DNA from: Geosiphon pyriformis uo1
Lineage: Eukaryota; Fungi; Glomeromycota
Direction of reading: 5' to 3'
Assembly (NCBI GenBank): GCA_016748015.1
Contig: JAAOMT010000745.1
Span: 4,881 to 59,441 of the forward strand
DNA: 54,561 nucleotides
Position 1 is the stretch's first letter; every line of letters starts with the position of its first letter. A program made the position numbers and the translations under genes. Of this stretch, positions 1-13,440 are shown one piece after another. A model generated the notes under the pieces. That model was given only the letters and a program-made list of their open reading frames with translations, was not told the DNA's origin and ran no database searches.

Positions 1-528
1 ACGAACGAAGAACCATATGAGATCTCGGTCACGGAGGGATTCAAACCATATGAAGTTGAAAATTCCAAGGAGATATCAGATTACGTTCAAAATGCAAGTG
101 CGGCGAAGGATATGTTATAACATGTCGTTGTATCAGAGGTGAAGTTGAAGCGAGTACCACCAGCTCAATTTCGGGTTTACATGGTACAAAGCATTAGTTT
201 TAATCTTCGGTTTTCTTTTATGAATTACTTAGGTATGATCACTGCAAGGGGAGGACATTCGCGAGTTATTATAATAAGACCTTTTTTTCTTTAGGTATCC
301 ATAAACTTTTTTGAAATTGACACGTGGGAAATTCTGACAGATCTGAGGTGCTACTGATAGAGAATTCCAATTGGTGAGGACCAAACGAAGCTACGGTACA
401 GCAATACGCACAACTGGATGGTTCTCTTATGGTTAACCCACAATGGATTCCGAGAGAACAGTACGAAACCCATAAAAGCGAGCAAAATTATTTAGGTGAA
501 TTGTGGCAGAAGTGCAGAATTATATAAT
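1..528 (+). pseudogene. Partial or disrupted protein-coding fragment, unidentified
   Basis: Higher GC than flanks, several GT..AG intron-like segments, and an open stretch GPNEATVQQYAQLDGSLMVNPQWIPREQYETHKSEQNYLGELWQKCRII* (about 378-528) preceded by an in-frame TGA. No family recognised. Confidence 0.2.
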
Positions 529-929
529 TATAGAATTATGGAGGGAAGATGACCTAAGTTAAATATGAAAAAGTTAGCCAAGACAATCCAAAACTAATGC
601 CACATTATTCTCTATTGCGTGAGTGGGTGTTCAACCTTTAACTTTATCACACCTATTGTACCCTGACACTTAATCTGGACTTGAATTTCATTGATTAAAA
701 CAGAAAAAAACATGAATTTAGTTTTACATTTTCTCGTGAAAACACCAATTACATTCTTTGTAGAGAAATATTTATCTTTTCTCTCTCTCTTATGAGATTT
801 ATCTGTTATCAAATTTTTGAAGTTTATACGATAACCAAAAATTGTAAATCTCATTATGACATCATTAAATGGATACGCCATTAAACGCCATCACTAGATT
901 ACTTTGAATCTAAAGTTTTTCCAAAAAAA

Positions 930-3927
930 AAGGTAAAATTTATGTCAGATTTAATAAAGTTTATAAAAGATATAGCTTTAGACAAAATTTTCAGCTGTGA
1001 AATAATCATTCAAATTGATATTAAAATAAAGTCTGAAAATTGAAAATTCTAGTTTTTACATTTATAATATTATTATAATAAGCCAATTTAGTGAATTATA
1101 CATTAACTTTTAAAATGATATATATATTGAAATTGTATATTATATTAAAATCAAATTTCACTATAGGAATTACAAAAAGAACCATTCAAAGTATACTTTA
1201 CAAAATGATCTTATCAAATTATAATTATAATTATTATTTTTTTCCTTATTTTTGTTTACAAACCACAAAGCACAATTTTTTATACAATAAGTATAATTTA
1301 ATGTAAATTATTTAAAAGTAATAAAAAAAAAGCACTATTTTTTTGAAGTGTTTAAATTAGTGTTTTTAACCAGTCAAAACTTAATTTGTTAATTACTTAA
1401 AAAGTTTTAACCAGTATTATTCATAAAGTAATAGAGAAAAAATATATAGCATAAATAACCAATTAAATATTAGAAGTTACTAGATAATATAATATCAGAA
1501 ATTCTAGTAATAACTCAAAAAAAGTGTAAAAATCACTAAAATATTTAGGAATTTTAGATTATAAAGATTTATATGTATATATAGCAGTAATATTAAAAGC
1601 AGAAAAAATATCTTTTTATCATTAAAATTTGATTTCTATTAAATATTTTCAGCAATTAAAAAATTTAGTACTTAAAATAAAGTCTATTTTAATAAATTAC
1701 AGTTATTATTCAATATTCAATTTCAAATTTCATGAACTTATATTTATTTTGTTGAAATTACTTATTATTAATACTTTGTTTATTAAAACAACTAATACTG
1801 ATAACACTTATTTAAAGAATTTAACAGCACTAAAACAATAGTTTTGATTATAGTTATTAACAAAATATTAATTCTTTATTTATTTTTATTTTTATTTTTT
1901 ATTTTTATTTTGTTTTATTTTGTTTTATTATATATAATAATTAATTACAAAAAACATTAAGATTACAATATTAAAAATTGTCTGGTAAAAAATATTGAAT
2001 AAACATAAAATTAACTTGTTAAATATTAAATTACATTTCAAAAAAGTAATAAACACCAAAATAAATTGGTTAATATGTCAAAAAAATCAAACACTAAATA
2101 TTATCAATTATTACAATTTAATTTTTGTTTATTATATAAATAACTTAATTATTAAATCTTCAAATTTATCAAAACTTTTAAAATTATTTACCAAACTACA
2201 ATATTAACTTATAAGCCAATAAATTATAATTAAATAATACTTATTATATTTAAAAATAGATTTAAAATTATTTATTATAATTTTTATATAAAATTTTTTT
2301 TATATTAATAATAACTTAAAAAAATATTTACAAAAAAAACAACCAGTTTTTAAAATTTTTAAACTATAAACTATATATGAAAAATAAAACACTAATATAA
2401 AAATAAATATTGTATACAAAAAATTACTTTTTATTATAATCACTAGTTTTTATGTTATTAATTAATTTAAATTTATAAAAAATAAAATAAAATAAGAATT
2501 AATATTAGTTAAATTTAGTATTGGTTTAAATACAATAAAAATAAAGAAATTTAAATATATAGTATTATTAAATATTTACAATTTTACTTTTTTAATACTT
2601 TATTATCTTATGTTTATTATTTTGCAAAGTATATTTGATTATAAAAAAACAAAACTATTTTACCTAAAAACTAAAACCACTTCAATAATAATTATAGAAC
2701 AATATTAAGTCTTTTTTTGTAATAAAACAAAAAAATATTAATTTTTAATTGCTTAAATTTATTATAAATAATTTATAGTTATTTGTATTATTAGAAAACA
2801 TAAAATTTAAAACATTTTATTATTTATTATATCTTAATTATAAACTATTTTATAATATAATAATAAAATTACTTATTTGATAAAATATTAAATTTACAAG
2901 ATAATAACTAGTTAAATTACTTAATAATATTATAGAAAAAGCCAGTTTTATTATCAATTATTGAACTGTTTTTACTGATTATATATTGGTATTATAATTT
3001 ATTAGTTAACCAAAAATTTTTAATTATATAAAATCTTATTTACAATTAAAGAAATACTATATAATTATTTAAAAAAATATTGTCATAAAACTTTTATATA
3101 TATTTAATAAAAAGACAATTAATTTGTATATTAAAATTATTCACAGAGCTATAAACATTAATACAAAATTTTTAAAGTATTTCAAGATATAAATATTAAA
3201 TTTATTTCTTGTTTTACATATACTATTTACCTTACAATTTCGAATAGTTTAAATAATTGTTTTAATATTAAAAAAATTTTTTATTTGAATAAAGCTCATA
3301 ATTTATTTTTTATTTATTATAATTAATATTAGGCTCATTTTTTTAAATTAAAGAGCTTTAAATTTAACAAAAGAATTTTTGTACCAATCTAAGATGTTAC
3401 CACTTAATAAAGCTTAATTTTAAAAGTTTTGAAAAAACTTATTTATTTGAAACATTTAATTAAGACATTGTTTAAAGCAATACAATGTAAAAATAATTGA
3501 CAAATTTATCAAAATAGTAATAAATTAACTACTTTATTTTTGATTTTAAATAAATAAAATAAGTTGAAAAGCTTATCTATCTATTATGTTTATTTGAAAA
3601 AACAATAAAATTTTTAAGCAGCAGTACATATTTTACTTTATTAAAAATATATTCAACAATTAAAAAACTTTTTGTTCATCTTTAACATGTTTTCCTCTTA
3701 TACATTAATAAATTAACAATTTAAGTTTGTAATAAAATTCTTGAATTTATAGAATTACAATAGAAAGATTCAAAAAGATTAGTACTTTTAACTTCTTTAT
3801 TAGATTTAAGATTTAAATTAATAGCTTTTATATCAAAAAAAAGTTATTTTATTAAAAAATTTTTATTTAAATAATTATCAAATCTATAAAAAAAAACATA
3901 AATTATTTTGTTGTTGTTTTTTAATCC
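930..3927 (+). mobile_element. hAT-superfamily DNA transposon relic (copy A), C>T/G>A hypermutated, 3'-truncated
   Basis: Reverting transitions gives hAT motifs in order: ASFTTDxWT (2941-2967), YIGITIHW (about 2983-3006), PCFAHT CxxH (about 3207-3224), DVTTRW(N/S)S (GAT GTT ACC ACT TAA TAA AGC, 3393-3413), LSGSTYPTL (about 3614-3640), SLLDPRFK (TTA GAT TTA AGA TTT AAA, 3800-3817). 1437-3927 is the reverse complement of 52070-54561. Left edge approximate. Confidence 0.85.
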
Positions 3928-4016
3928 GTTTTTCATCTGAGCTCACATTTTCCGACCATTTTCTTTAAAAATATGGGGGAAATATCCTACTTCTTAATTT
4001 ATTTTGAAATAAATCT

Positions 4017-5083
4017 TCATAAACCTCTTAACCTGTGGTTGATATGATCAGCCCATTGACAAATACTAGAGCAATTTTCCAAAATCCATTTTGGAATTTC
4101 AACCCGTTGCAGATCTTTGAAGTCTGCCTTCAATAAAGGAGCAATCATTTTCTCATTAATATTCCAACAAGAGTGGAATAGCAAACTTTCAAGTTTGTGA
4201 CAACATGCTAAATCCGACAATTCGGGGCATCCTTTAAAGTCTGTAGAGATAAATTCAAGACTAAGAAGAGTCTCAGCTTGACTTGGAAGTGCTTCAATTA
4301 CGTGTGAAGCAAACCCATTCATATTTACCACGGATAGATGTTCTAAACCTTTTTGTGATTTTATGAAAGTTGCTAAATTCTTGGTAGTTTCTTCAATACG
4401 AGTCTGATTTATGTCAAAAATCCAAATTTCAAAATCTTTCTGGATATACAAGGAGGATATTAGCTTGGGGAATTTTAATGGTCATGGCACAAAAAAAATG
4501 TCAAAGATTCACATACCACTTTATTACACAATTCTGACAAACTCAACAAAATATCGTTTTTTGGAAATTCCGCGTTAATTTTCAGATACGTAATAGAAGA
4601 AATTAACCCTGCATATCGTGAATCCACCCAAAACCCTAGGTTTCTACTTCCAAATTGATGCACTGTTTTCCGAATGGTAAATGAGCGAAGCATGACATTA
4701 CGTGAGATTAAAATGTCAAAGAAGCTTTCAGCTAAAGATTTGAGTCTATTTCCAGGATTGTTGATAAGCAAAGAATTATAAAAGATTCTGAATGTATCTA
4801 TCATATCTCCAAGGTCAACTGTTGTGATAAATGATAGATAGTCAAATGAGGTGGTTGATCTTTTTGAGATGAGTAAACTATTAGTCGCATGAATTTCGAT
4901 CATAGAAGAGAGAGTTTTCATCAATCTCCATCGTTTTTGAATGGTCCCTACAAAAGGGTTTGCCCAAATTAAGGGAACCGCAATAACACACCATTCTCGA
5001 TTGACTAAAGCACATGAACTTAAATCTTTATGTTTTAAATCTTTAAAAATAGTTGGAAGAACATCTGAGACGAGTTGGGGCAT
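4017..5083 (-). CDS. F-box domain protein with RNI-like leucine-rich repeats (2 exons)
   Basis: N-terminal LVSDVLPTIFKDL..DLSSCALVNREWCVIAVPLIWANPF is F-box-like. ORFs 4475-5083 and 4017-4451 join through a short GTATGT..AAG intron (about 4466-4516), giving CNKV|LISSLYIQ. C-terminal LEHLSV/LLSLEF/LESLLF repeats. Confidence 0.85.
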
Positions 5084-6779
5084 GTTTTGAAATTATTAAA
5101 TACATGTAATGGAAAATGTAAGATTCTGTCTCTCTTTTTATAGGGAGTTTTCAAGTTAACACTGGGTAACACAGAAATTCAGATTCCAGTTCTTGTGGTT
5201 ACACTGAGGCGTTATCTACTCCCTAATTGATTAAGCTTGCATTCTTGGAAATTATACATTTTAGCTGACTAAATTATTGATTTTTGTACACACTTCTATG
5301 AAACTTTTTTGGTCTATAACACATAGCTAAATAAGAAAAGCACGGGAATTTTAAGTAATATTTACGACAATTACATTTTCAAAATTTAGAGCTTAAAAAG
5401 TCAATTATCCCGTCTATACAACCAATTATTTGGATAATATTATTGACTTTTTTGCAATTATTTGGTTCATTTTGATGCATGTTAGATTTATTTTCAAGCA
5501 AATTTGACCAGTTAAAAAACGATTTCAACTGATATATTACAAATACTTATTTGATTAGCCAAAGCGAGTCTTTATTTCTCAAGTTAGATATAATAATAAC
5601 AGCAAATCACTAAAGAAATTCATCAATAAATTAGCAATTTGGTTCAAAATAATATAAAATTAATCTATTAAATCAATAATTGAAAACATTTTTTATCTTT
5701 AGATTTTCAAAATTACTGAAATCAACGGTTCTTTATTTTATATTTGATAAAAATAGAGTGGTTTTTTAAATGTTATCATTTCAACTCCACTTTTTAAAAA
5801 ATATGGGATTAATTTTCAATGGTTGTAAACCTCATATTGTTAATTATTTTATCAAAAACTTTATTGCTGCTTGAAAAGTTTTTTGTAAAAATTTTCAAAA
5901 AATATGAATTGACATGCACCACAAAAATTAATATTGGTTTGAATACACCTTTGACACTCGTTAAAATTACCTGCTTCTGAAATAGTGCTTTTAATTCCAA
6001 GGTTTTTAATAGTTTGAATAAAATTGAATACATTATTATAACAATATTAAATAAAATAAAGACTTTTTTTATGTACAGTATATTAAAAAGTAATCTTTTA
6101 AAGGCTGAGTTCATATTTATGCAGTTTCTCATGTGAAAATAATTGAATTACTTTACTTATTGACCTTAAAAATGTTATTATTCACCAAACTATAATTAGC
6201 TATGAAATTTATTGAAATTAATTAAACATTTTCATGAATAGTTTGTAATTGTTTTATTTATTTGAAGCTTTAAATTATTTTTGCAAAAGAATGATTTAAA
6301 GATATATTTTTATGGTAAACTTCACAAGAATAATTTATTTATTAATGATTAATTTATTTTTTAATTTTATTATAATTTTTTATTTATTAAATATATATAG
6401 ATAAAACTTTTAAAATTATAAAAAATATTAATTAATTTCTTTTTTATAATTGATTTATTTAAAAAGTAAAATAAAAGTTATTCTTTTAAAAAAATAATAT
6501 TTAATAAATAATATTTCAAAATTATTTTTTATTAAATAACTGATATAATATTTTTTTTATTCTTAATATCTGATTTATAACATAAAGTTATTAAAAATTA
6601 TTTTATTAATTATTATTTAAAATGCTTGAATATTTTTATAATAAAAAACTAAATTATTTAACAGCTTATTTTAAAAGCAATTTAAATTAATTAAGAGTAA
6701 AACTATTTTAATATTATTTTTATTATTTTACAATTTTGTTATTGAACATTTAATTACTAATTACTTAATTTATTCAAAA

Positions 6780-6780
<1 letters not shown>

Positions 6781-6811
<31 letters not shown>
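6781..6811. repeat. (TTA)10 microsatellite
   Basis: Direct reading of ttattattattattattattattattatta. Confidence 0.9.
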
Positions 6812-6812
<1 letters not shown>

Positions 6813-8612
6813 TTTTTTTTCGAAATTTGTCAATTTATAAATATATTTAAATATAATCAAAAAATTATACGAACACTAAAATTTAAATATTTTGAATAAA
6901 TTTTAATCAAAATAATAAAATTTACTAAAATTAAACAAACCTAAAATAAATACATGGAAAATAATTTTAGTAGTTATTTTCTTATTTAATTATTTTTTAT
7001 TAAATCACAAATTTTATAAAATCAGTATTTTAACAATTAAAATAATTTTATTGTATTTTAAACCACTTTAAAAAATAATAATATGTTGTAAAAATCACAA
7101 GACTGTAATTTTTTTGGAATTTTCTAAATTTATTTTGTAAAAAAATTTGAATATAAAAATAGAAATTAATTAAACTTGGTTCTAATTTTTTAAGTAAATT
7201 AATACCAGTTATATAAATCTTATCTTTTTGTTCTTTAATATATCTATTTAAACTATCTTTACTTACATAATATATAATTTTAATTTGCTTTAATTAATAT
7301 ATTTAAATTTAAAATTAATTTATTTAAAAAATTTAACAATAATTTAAAGTTTTGAAAATTTATTAATTAGATTTGATTAGTTATTTATTTTTATTTTAAT
7401 TATTATTTAAACAATATTAATTAAGTCTAACTTATTAATATACTTCTTATAAATATTGTATTTATATAATTGTAATTTTAATTAAAATTTCTTTTTGCTA
7501 TTTTAAAACTTGGCAGAATTTTTTAAGAATTTATTATCAATTTTATTTTTTTATTTTTTTATTTTTTATAAATAAATAAATATCATCTATCTAAAATAAT
7601 AATCTTATATTAATTAATATAACTTGGTTTAAGTTTTTTATTAAAACTAAAAAATTTTATTATCAAATTAATAATTTTATATATATTATAAAAAATCAAA
7701 TTATATAATTAGTTAATATTTTATTAAAACTATTACTAAAATTATTAGAATTTTTTTGAAAAATGATTATGTTTAAATAAAATAAAAATTTTATATTTAA
7801 ACATTTTAGTTTTTATTTTAATTACTTGAAATTCTCTTAAATTATTTTAATTTTTATTTTATTTAAAATTTAGTTTCAAGTTTAAATATGTTTATTAATT
7901 CAAAATTTAGGTTTTAATTCTGTTAAATATTTTTTTTAACATTATTTTTAATAACATATATTTTAAATATTTTAATATGTTGTTATTTTTAAAATATTCT
8001 GGCTATAATTATATTATTCAAAAAATATAAAATTAAATTTTTTAAGCTTTTAAAAATAATTAATTTTCTTTAATTTAAAAAGTTAATTTAGTTAAAACTT
8101 TAATTAATTTAAAAAAAGAAGTTATTTTTATTTAAATTAATTTATAAAATTTAAAATTTTTTATAAATATTTAATAAAAAATCTTAAAAAAAGATTATTT
8201 GTTATTTTAAGTTTTTAATAAATATATTCATATTTTTTGTTAAGAAAAAAATACGTTTTAAGCTTTAATTTTTATTGTTTTTAATTTCAAATTTCTTAAA
8301 CCAGTTATATTTTGTTTAAATATTTACAAAAATTAATTTTTAAAAAATTGATAATCTGATATAAATACATATAAAAAATAAATAAAAGACAGTATTTTAA
8401 ACTTAATATAATTATTTCAAATTTTTAGTAAAACTATTTTGTTTAATAAATATGTACAATATTTTTAATATTTAGTAAATAATATTTTTAGAAATTATTT
8501 GGATTAGTTTATTATTTGTTATTAAAAATTTACCAATTTTTATTAACAATAAATGTTAACAATAAATTAATATTATCAACATCAAAAAAAAGAATAAAAA
8601 ATATTTAATAAC

Positions 8613-8696
8613 AATTAAATTAATAATTAGATTAATAATTAAGTCAAAAATTAAGTTAGTAATCAGATTAATAATTAAGTTATTAATTAAATTATT
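8613..8696 (+). repeat. Seven degenerate 12-bp tandem units (AATTAARTTAAT-like)
   Basis: aattaaattaat/aattagattaat/aattaagtcaaa/aattaagttagt/aatcagattaat/aattaagttatt/aattaaattatt. Confidence 0.7.
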
Positions 8697-11603
8697 GTTT
8701 ATTTATCTAAAAATAAGATGGCTAATTATATAATATCAAGTAATTAATATATATAAATTAATAAAAATTATGCCTTTTAATTATATTAATATATTATCAA
8801 AATTTATAACAATATTATAAAATTTACAATATTTACAATATTTTTTATATTTTATTGTTAGAATTTTATGTTAAATTCAATTTTTTAATTAAATCAAACA
8901 ATTACTTTTGTCTATTTAATTTAATAAAATTTTGAATTTATAAAAAGTTAAAAAACATTTAAAATATTTAATTACTTAAGAAAAATATTTTATTTTAGAA
9001 ATAATCTAAAAATTATAAGATTATAAATTGTTTTAATATTTTAAATATTTTTTAAATTTAGTTAGTTAATTATAAAAATAAAAGTTAATTAAACTTAATT
9101 TTAATTTTTTAGCAAATTAATACAAATTATAGAATATTAATTAATAGTTTTATCTTTTTTGTTTTCTTGATTTACCTATTTTTAGTAATTTTTGTTTATT
9201 TAATATGTTTTAATAATATTTTAATATCTTTTAAATATAATAAAAATTGTTATAAATAAGTACTTATATTTATTAATATTAAAAATAATATTGCAATTAA
9301 AAATTATATTTGTAAATTTTACAATTATTGTGAATATTTTGATGTTATAATTTTTGTAATACTTTAAATTTTTGATTTTAAAAATTATATTTGGAATAAA
9401 TTTAAACAATAATTAATAAATAAATCAAAGTTTGCACAAATTTTTAATTATAAGCTCAATTCATGTTTTATTTTAATTTTAATAACTTTATTAGTAAAAA
9501 AATTTCCACATTCTTAATTATAAATTAATTTATTTTATGTTATAATTCCAACAACTTATTAATAAAATAATGTTTTTAAAAATATTTCAAAAAATATTAA
9601 ATATTATGTTTAAATTAAAGTTTTTATTTTGTTTTTAATTAATTTTGTTAAATATTTTTCACTTATATAATTATATAAAAAAGTTATAATTATTTTAGTT
9701 ATTAATTAATAAAGTCATATATTTTAAATTAAAATTTTGGTATAAATTTTTTGGGATATTATAAAAAATTTTCTAAAATTAAAAGACTTTATTTTATGTG
9801 CTTTTTCTTATGATTAAATGTATTTATTAGCATTAATATAACTGTTAATAAGAATTTTTATATTTTACTTTATTTAAATAGATAAAAATAATTATATAAA
9901 ATATTATTATAGAATTTTTTAATGATTTTGATAATATTATTGGTTTGGTAAATTTTAAACATAAAATCAAAACAATAAAAATCATTTTCAAGTTTTAATA
10001 TTTTTTAATTTTTGCTGTGCACTTTTTGGATCAAATGATTCCAAAAAATTATTTATTAAAGTCTTTTACAATTTCAAGATTTTAGCAAGGTCTAGTTTTT
10101 CTTTATCAATTTCAATTCCTAGTTCAAGAAAAATATTCTCTGTGAATAATTATGAAGTAAAAATTTAAGAAAAACTTGCATGGAAAGTAAACTTGGAAAT
10201 TTTTGTCATTGAAAACCTTAATAAAATTGACATGCAGTGAATCATCCAACATTGGGTAATCTAAGGGCTAATATTAAATCAAGTTCTATTTTGGATACAT
10301 GTATTTTTCTGTTGAAAAATTTTCTGCCATTGTTGATTCTTGATTGATTTTATGAAATAATTTTATTATATATTCTCTTGTAGCCTTTTTCGCAAAGAAA
10401 TTTAATTTTATTCAATACTGGACATTGGGCATAGTGGAATATCGATTTAATTTTTTTGAAAAACTTCGTATATATTTCCCTTATTTTATTGGGTAATTCA
10501 TCAAAGATTTGATTAAAAAAAAATTTGGAGTTTATTCAAAAATTTTTGAATGGGCAAATCTCGAATTTAATCAGAAAACATGAAGAAATAATAGTGATTA
10601 AAACAATTATCATGGTACGATATTCACAAAAATCGAGGCTTTATAAGTTAAAAAACAGATATTTTATATTAAAGAAAATATAAGCCTTTTTTATTAAAAG
10701 TCCTATTCCCTACGTGGAAAAACTAAAGAAACTCGTTATTGAATGCATCAAATACAAAAATTTTAAAATGAAAAATCATTCTGGATGATTTGAATCTAAA
10801 ATTTACAAAATAGAGAATCAATATTGGAATTCGAAGCATCTGTCAGAGATTAAAATACTAAAACCATATTAAATTATATCATTTTGAAACTCCATCATGT
10901 TAAGTAAAGTGAAGGGGCGTACGACTAATTTTTAGTAAAACTTCTTGGTCAATAAATATTTTAAAAGGTTGAAATTATGATCAAAATGTTTATAATTTGA
11001 AGGATTTAAATTACAAGTCTCATTTGATTTCTAATTTATATTTTTTTAACGGGGAGAGAGAAACATATTAACATCAATTAATGTCAAAATTAATGATCAA
11101 TTTTACATTCCCATTATTTCAAAAAGCGCACCACTCGTCTTTTAGTACAAAATTAGAGTTCAATAAAAAGCAATAACAATATTAAAACACCAAATCATTT
11201 CTTGTTTCTACTTGCTAATCGAAAATTTCCTTCAAGAAAAAACCACACTCATTTCTTTCATCTGATTGTGTGAAACTTCCAATTAATCATTTGTAACATT
11301 TTTAATTAAAAAAATCGAGTAAATAAACTCAGAATTAGCACTTGATTCTATATTTTGAGTCTTTAACATTGTGACATTAACTTAGGTTGATTACACAAAG
11401 GCCAATATTTTTACAATATTTTTTGAAAGAATAGTGGTCCGAACCTTATCTACCCCGCAGCCGAAACTTAAAATTTTCCTTTTATAGAAGTTTTTGCATT
11501 GTGCTAAATAGCAGGTAATAAGAAATGCTTATCAAATGAGTTCAGTAAACTCTAATTTATATTAATAATTATTCAAATTTAGACTTTTATGTGTGCAACC
11601 GAA

Positions 11604-11674
11604 GCGTATGTGGTTTAGTGGTATAATTACCGCCTGCCACGCGGTAGACCTGGGTTCGATTCCCAGCATACGCA
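11604..11674 (+). tRNA. tRNA-Gly-GCC: tRNA-Gly (anticodon GCC), intronless
   Basis: Acceptor stem GCGTATG/CATACGC plus discriminator A; D-arm TGGTTTAGTGGTA; anticodon stem ACCGC-CTGCCAC-GCGGT; T-arm CTGGG-TTCGATT-CCCAG; T-run shortly downstream. Confidence 0.97.
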
Positions 11675-13440
11675 CTCATACTATTTTAAGTCTTAATTTT
11701 AAATATAACAAGTATAAATCGTCAAACTGCCATTTTGAAAAATTTGGGGGTAACAAGGAGAAATTTTTATCCAACAATAGTTAGGCTAATTTTACTTTAT
11801 GATTGGTGTGATTATTTTAGAATTTGATCGAGTGTAATTATTTTTTTATTAATTCAAAAGATTATAAATATTAGAAGACTAGCATTCTATCAAGGAATTC
11901 TAATTTTTTAAATCTGAAAACCAAAGCTTTGAAAATTCTGATATTCTTTCTTAGAAGTTTTTTATTCGTTGGAGAAACGCAAACATATTTTATCTTGTAA
12001 TTAATTTATTACTGTTGATAAAAAGTATTAGATTGATAATATTTTAGATTTAATATTCTACCTTAATATTTAGTATATTATTAACATATAATATAAAGAA
12101 CAACCGTTAAATTAACAATTGGCTGAGAAATTAATCGATTAATGAAATTAATAAATACCGAAAATTATTTAATGTCTATTCAAGGAAGAATTTTGACAAA
12201 ATTTCTTATTAACATGTTGATTTTTAATATTTTAATAAAATTTATCAAATAATAAAAGCAAAAAATTCTTACTCGGTGAAACATCCCATTTTTGGGTGGA
12301 TTGGCTTCCCAAGCTCATTAATGAATGTATTACATTAATAATATCAACACCAATCACAAAATCCCAAAGTACACAATATGATTATAACGAAACCTGGATT
12401 GCTACTCCGTTCAACCCCCATAACTCGGATCGATCACAATCTTTAGATTAAAATTTGAAAACCTAAAAACCAGTAAGATGATTTATTGGACTGTCACATA
12501 TTCTATGTTCATTTAATATAAACCATAAATTTGCTAACTTAAACTTTTCTTTCCCAGGTCATGCTGTGACATAATGAGTCTAGTTTTCTAACTTAAAAAA
12601 CTTCTTGGGTATTAGGCTTTCTTATTAATTTCGATACTTGAAATAATCCAGCAAAGATTTATCTGTCACAAAAAACGTAATTTGGCAAAATTCGCGAAAT
12701 TAATAAAATAACGATTTTTTTAACTTTCGATGAAAATGGTTTCAGGATTGGAAAATATTATGATACAAGAATCTTTGAAATTTAAAGTATTTCACCTTTC
12801 AAATCAAGTATCTCGGCTGATAAAAACTTTCAGATCCTGATATAGAAGGAAATTTATCATCTAGATATGCACCAGGAATCAATGACAAAGGTATCAAGAG
12901 ACTAAAATGGGGAACTTTAAGCTCGTAAAAAATGTCTCCTAGTTTTAAAGTTCTATCTTATCAGGCTATCTTGGTGCTCTGTAAACTGCATGGTTTTAAA
13001 TAATAAAGGTTAGAAATCGGCACAATCATAACTTAACTCTCGTTTACTAAATTAGAATTTAATATATCCTTTCGATTAAGTTAATTTTGATCAGAAAAAT
13101 TAATCCATGAACCGGGAATAACTTTTTAAGAAAACCAATGATAACATTATTCGGGCGTATAATTTCCTAAATAGCTAGAAAAAAAGGCTTTCTAGCGCGC
13201 AGAAACACCTTTTGAATGTATCACAAAAATTATTAAATCTGTTTCTTATAGTGCATTGCATCATGATTGTTACAAACCCAACTCTTAATTTGAAAGCTGA
13301 AAATAATTAGTCACCACGCAGAATGACTGACGCGTAAATCTTTATTTAATAATTTTGGAGAATAGATATATATTGACTTCGAGTTTTTCGTTCTTCATGA
13401 TGTTATGCAAAGTCTCACCACTTTTTCGTATTCTACTGAA

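Larger units (their letters stand above)
5806..10010. repeat. Extremely AT-rich block, probable nested hypermutated transposon relics (family not identified)
   Basis: Near absence of CpG and depletion of CC/GG, same texture as the hAT relics; no credible ORF. Boundaries approximate. Confidence 0.55.

Noticed and set aside
612-2207. Short ORFs 612-881, 1091-1306, 1629-1841, 1995-2207 (and similar at 5809, 9221, 27660, 34033, 38216, 38518, 40238, 49846, 50058)
   Set aside because: I/K/N/F/L/Y-rich products expected by chance from AT-rich DNA, many with non-ATG starts and no motifs.
11593-11784. 63-aa ORF
   Set aside because: It is a translation across the tRNA-Gly gene.
13060-13075. ATATCCTTT, a U12-type 5' splice-site word
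   Set aside because: Intergenic, with no associated exon; all modelled introns are ordinary GT-AG.
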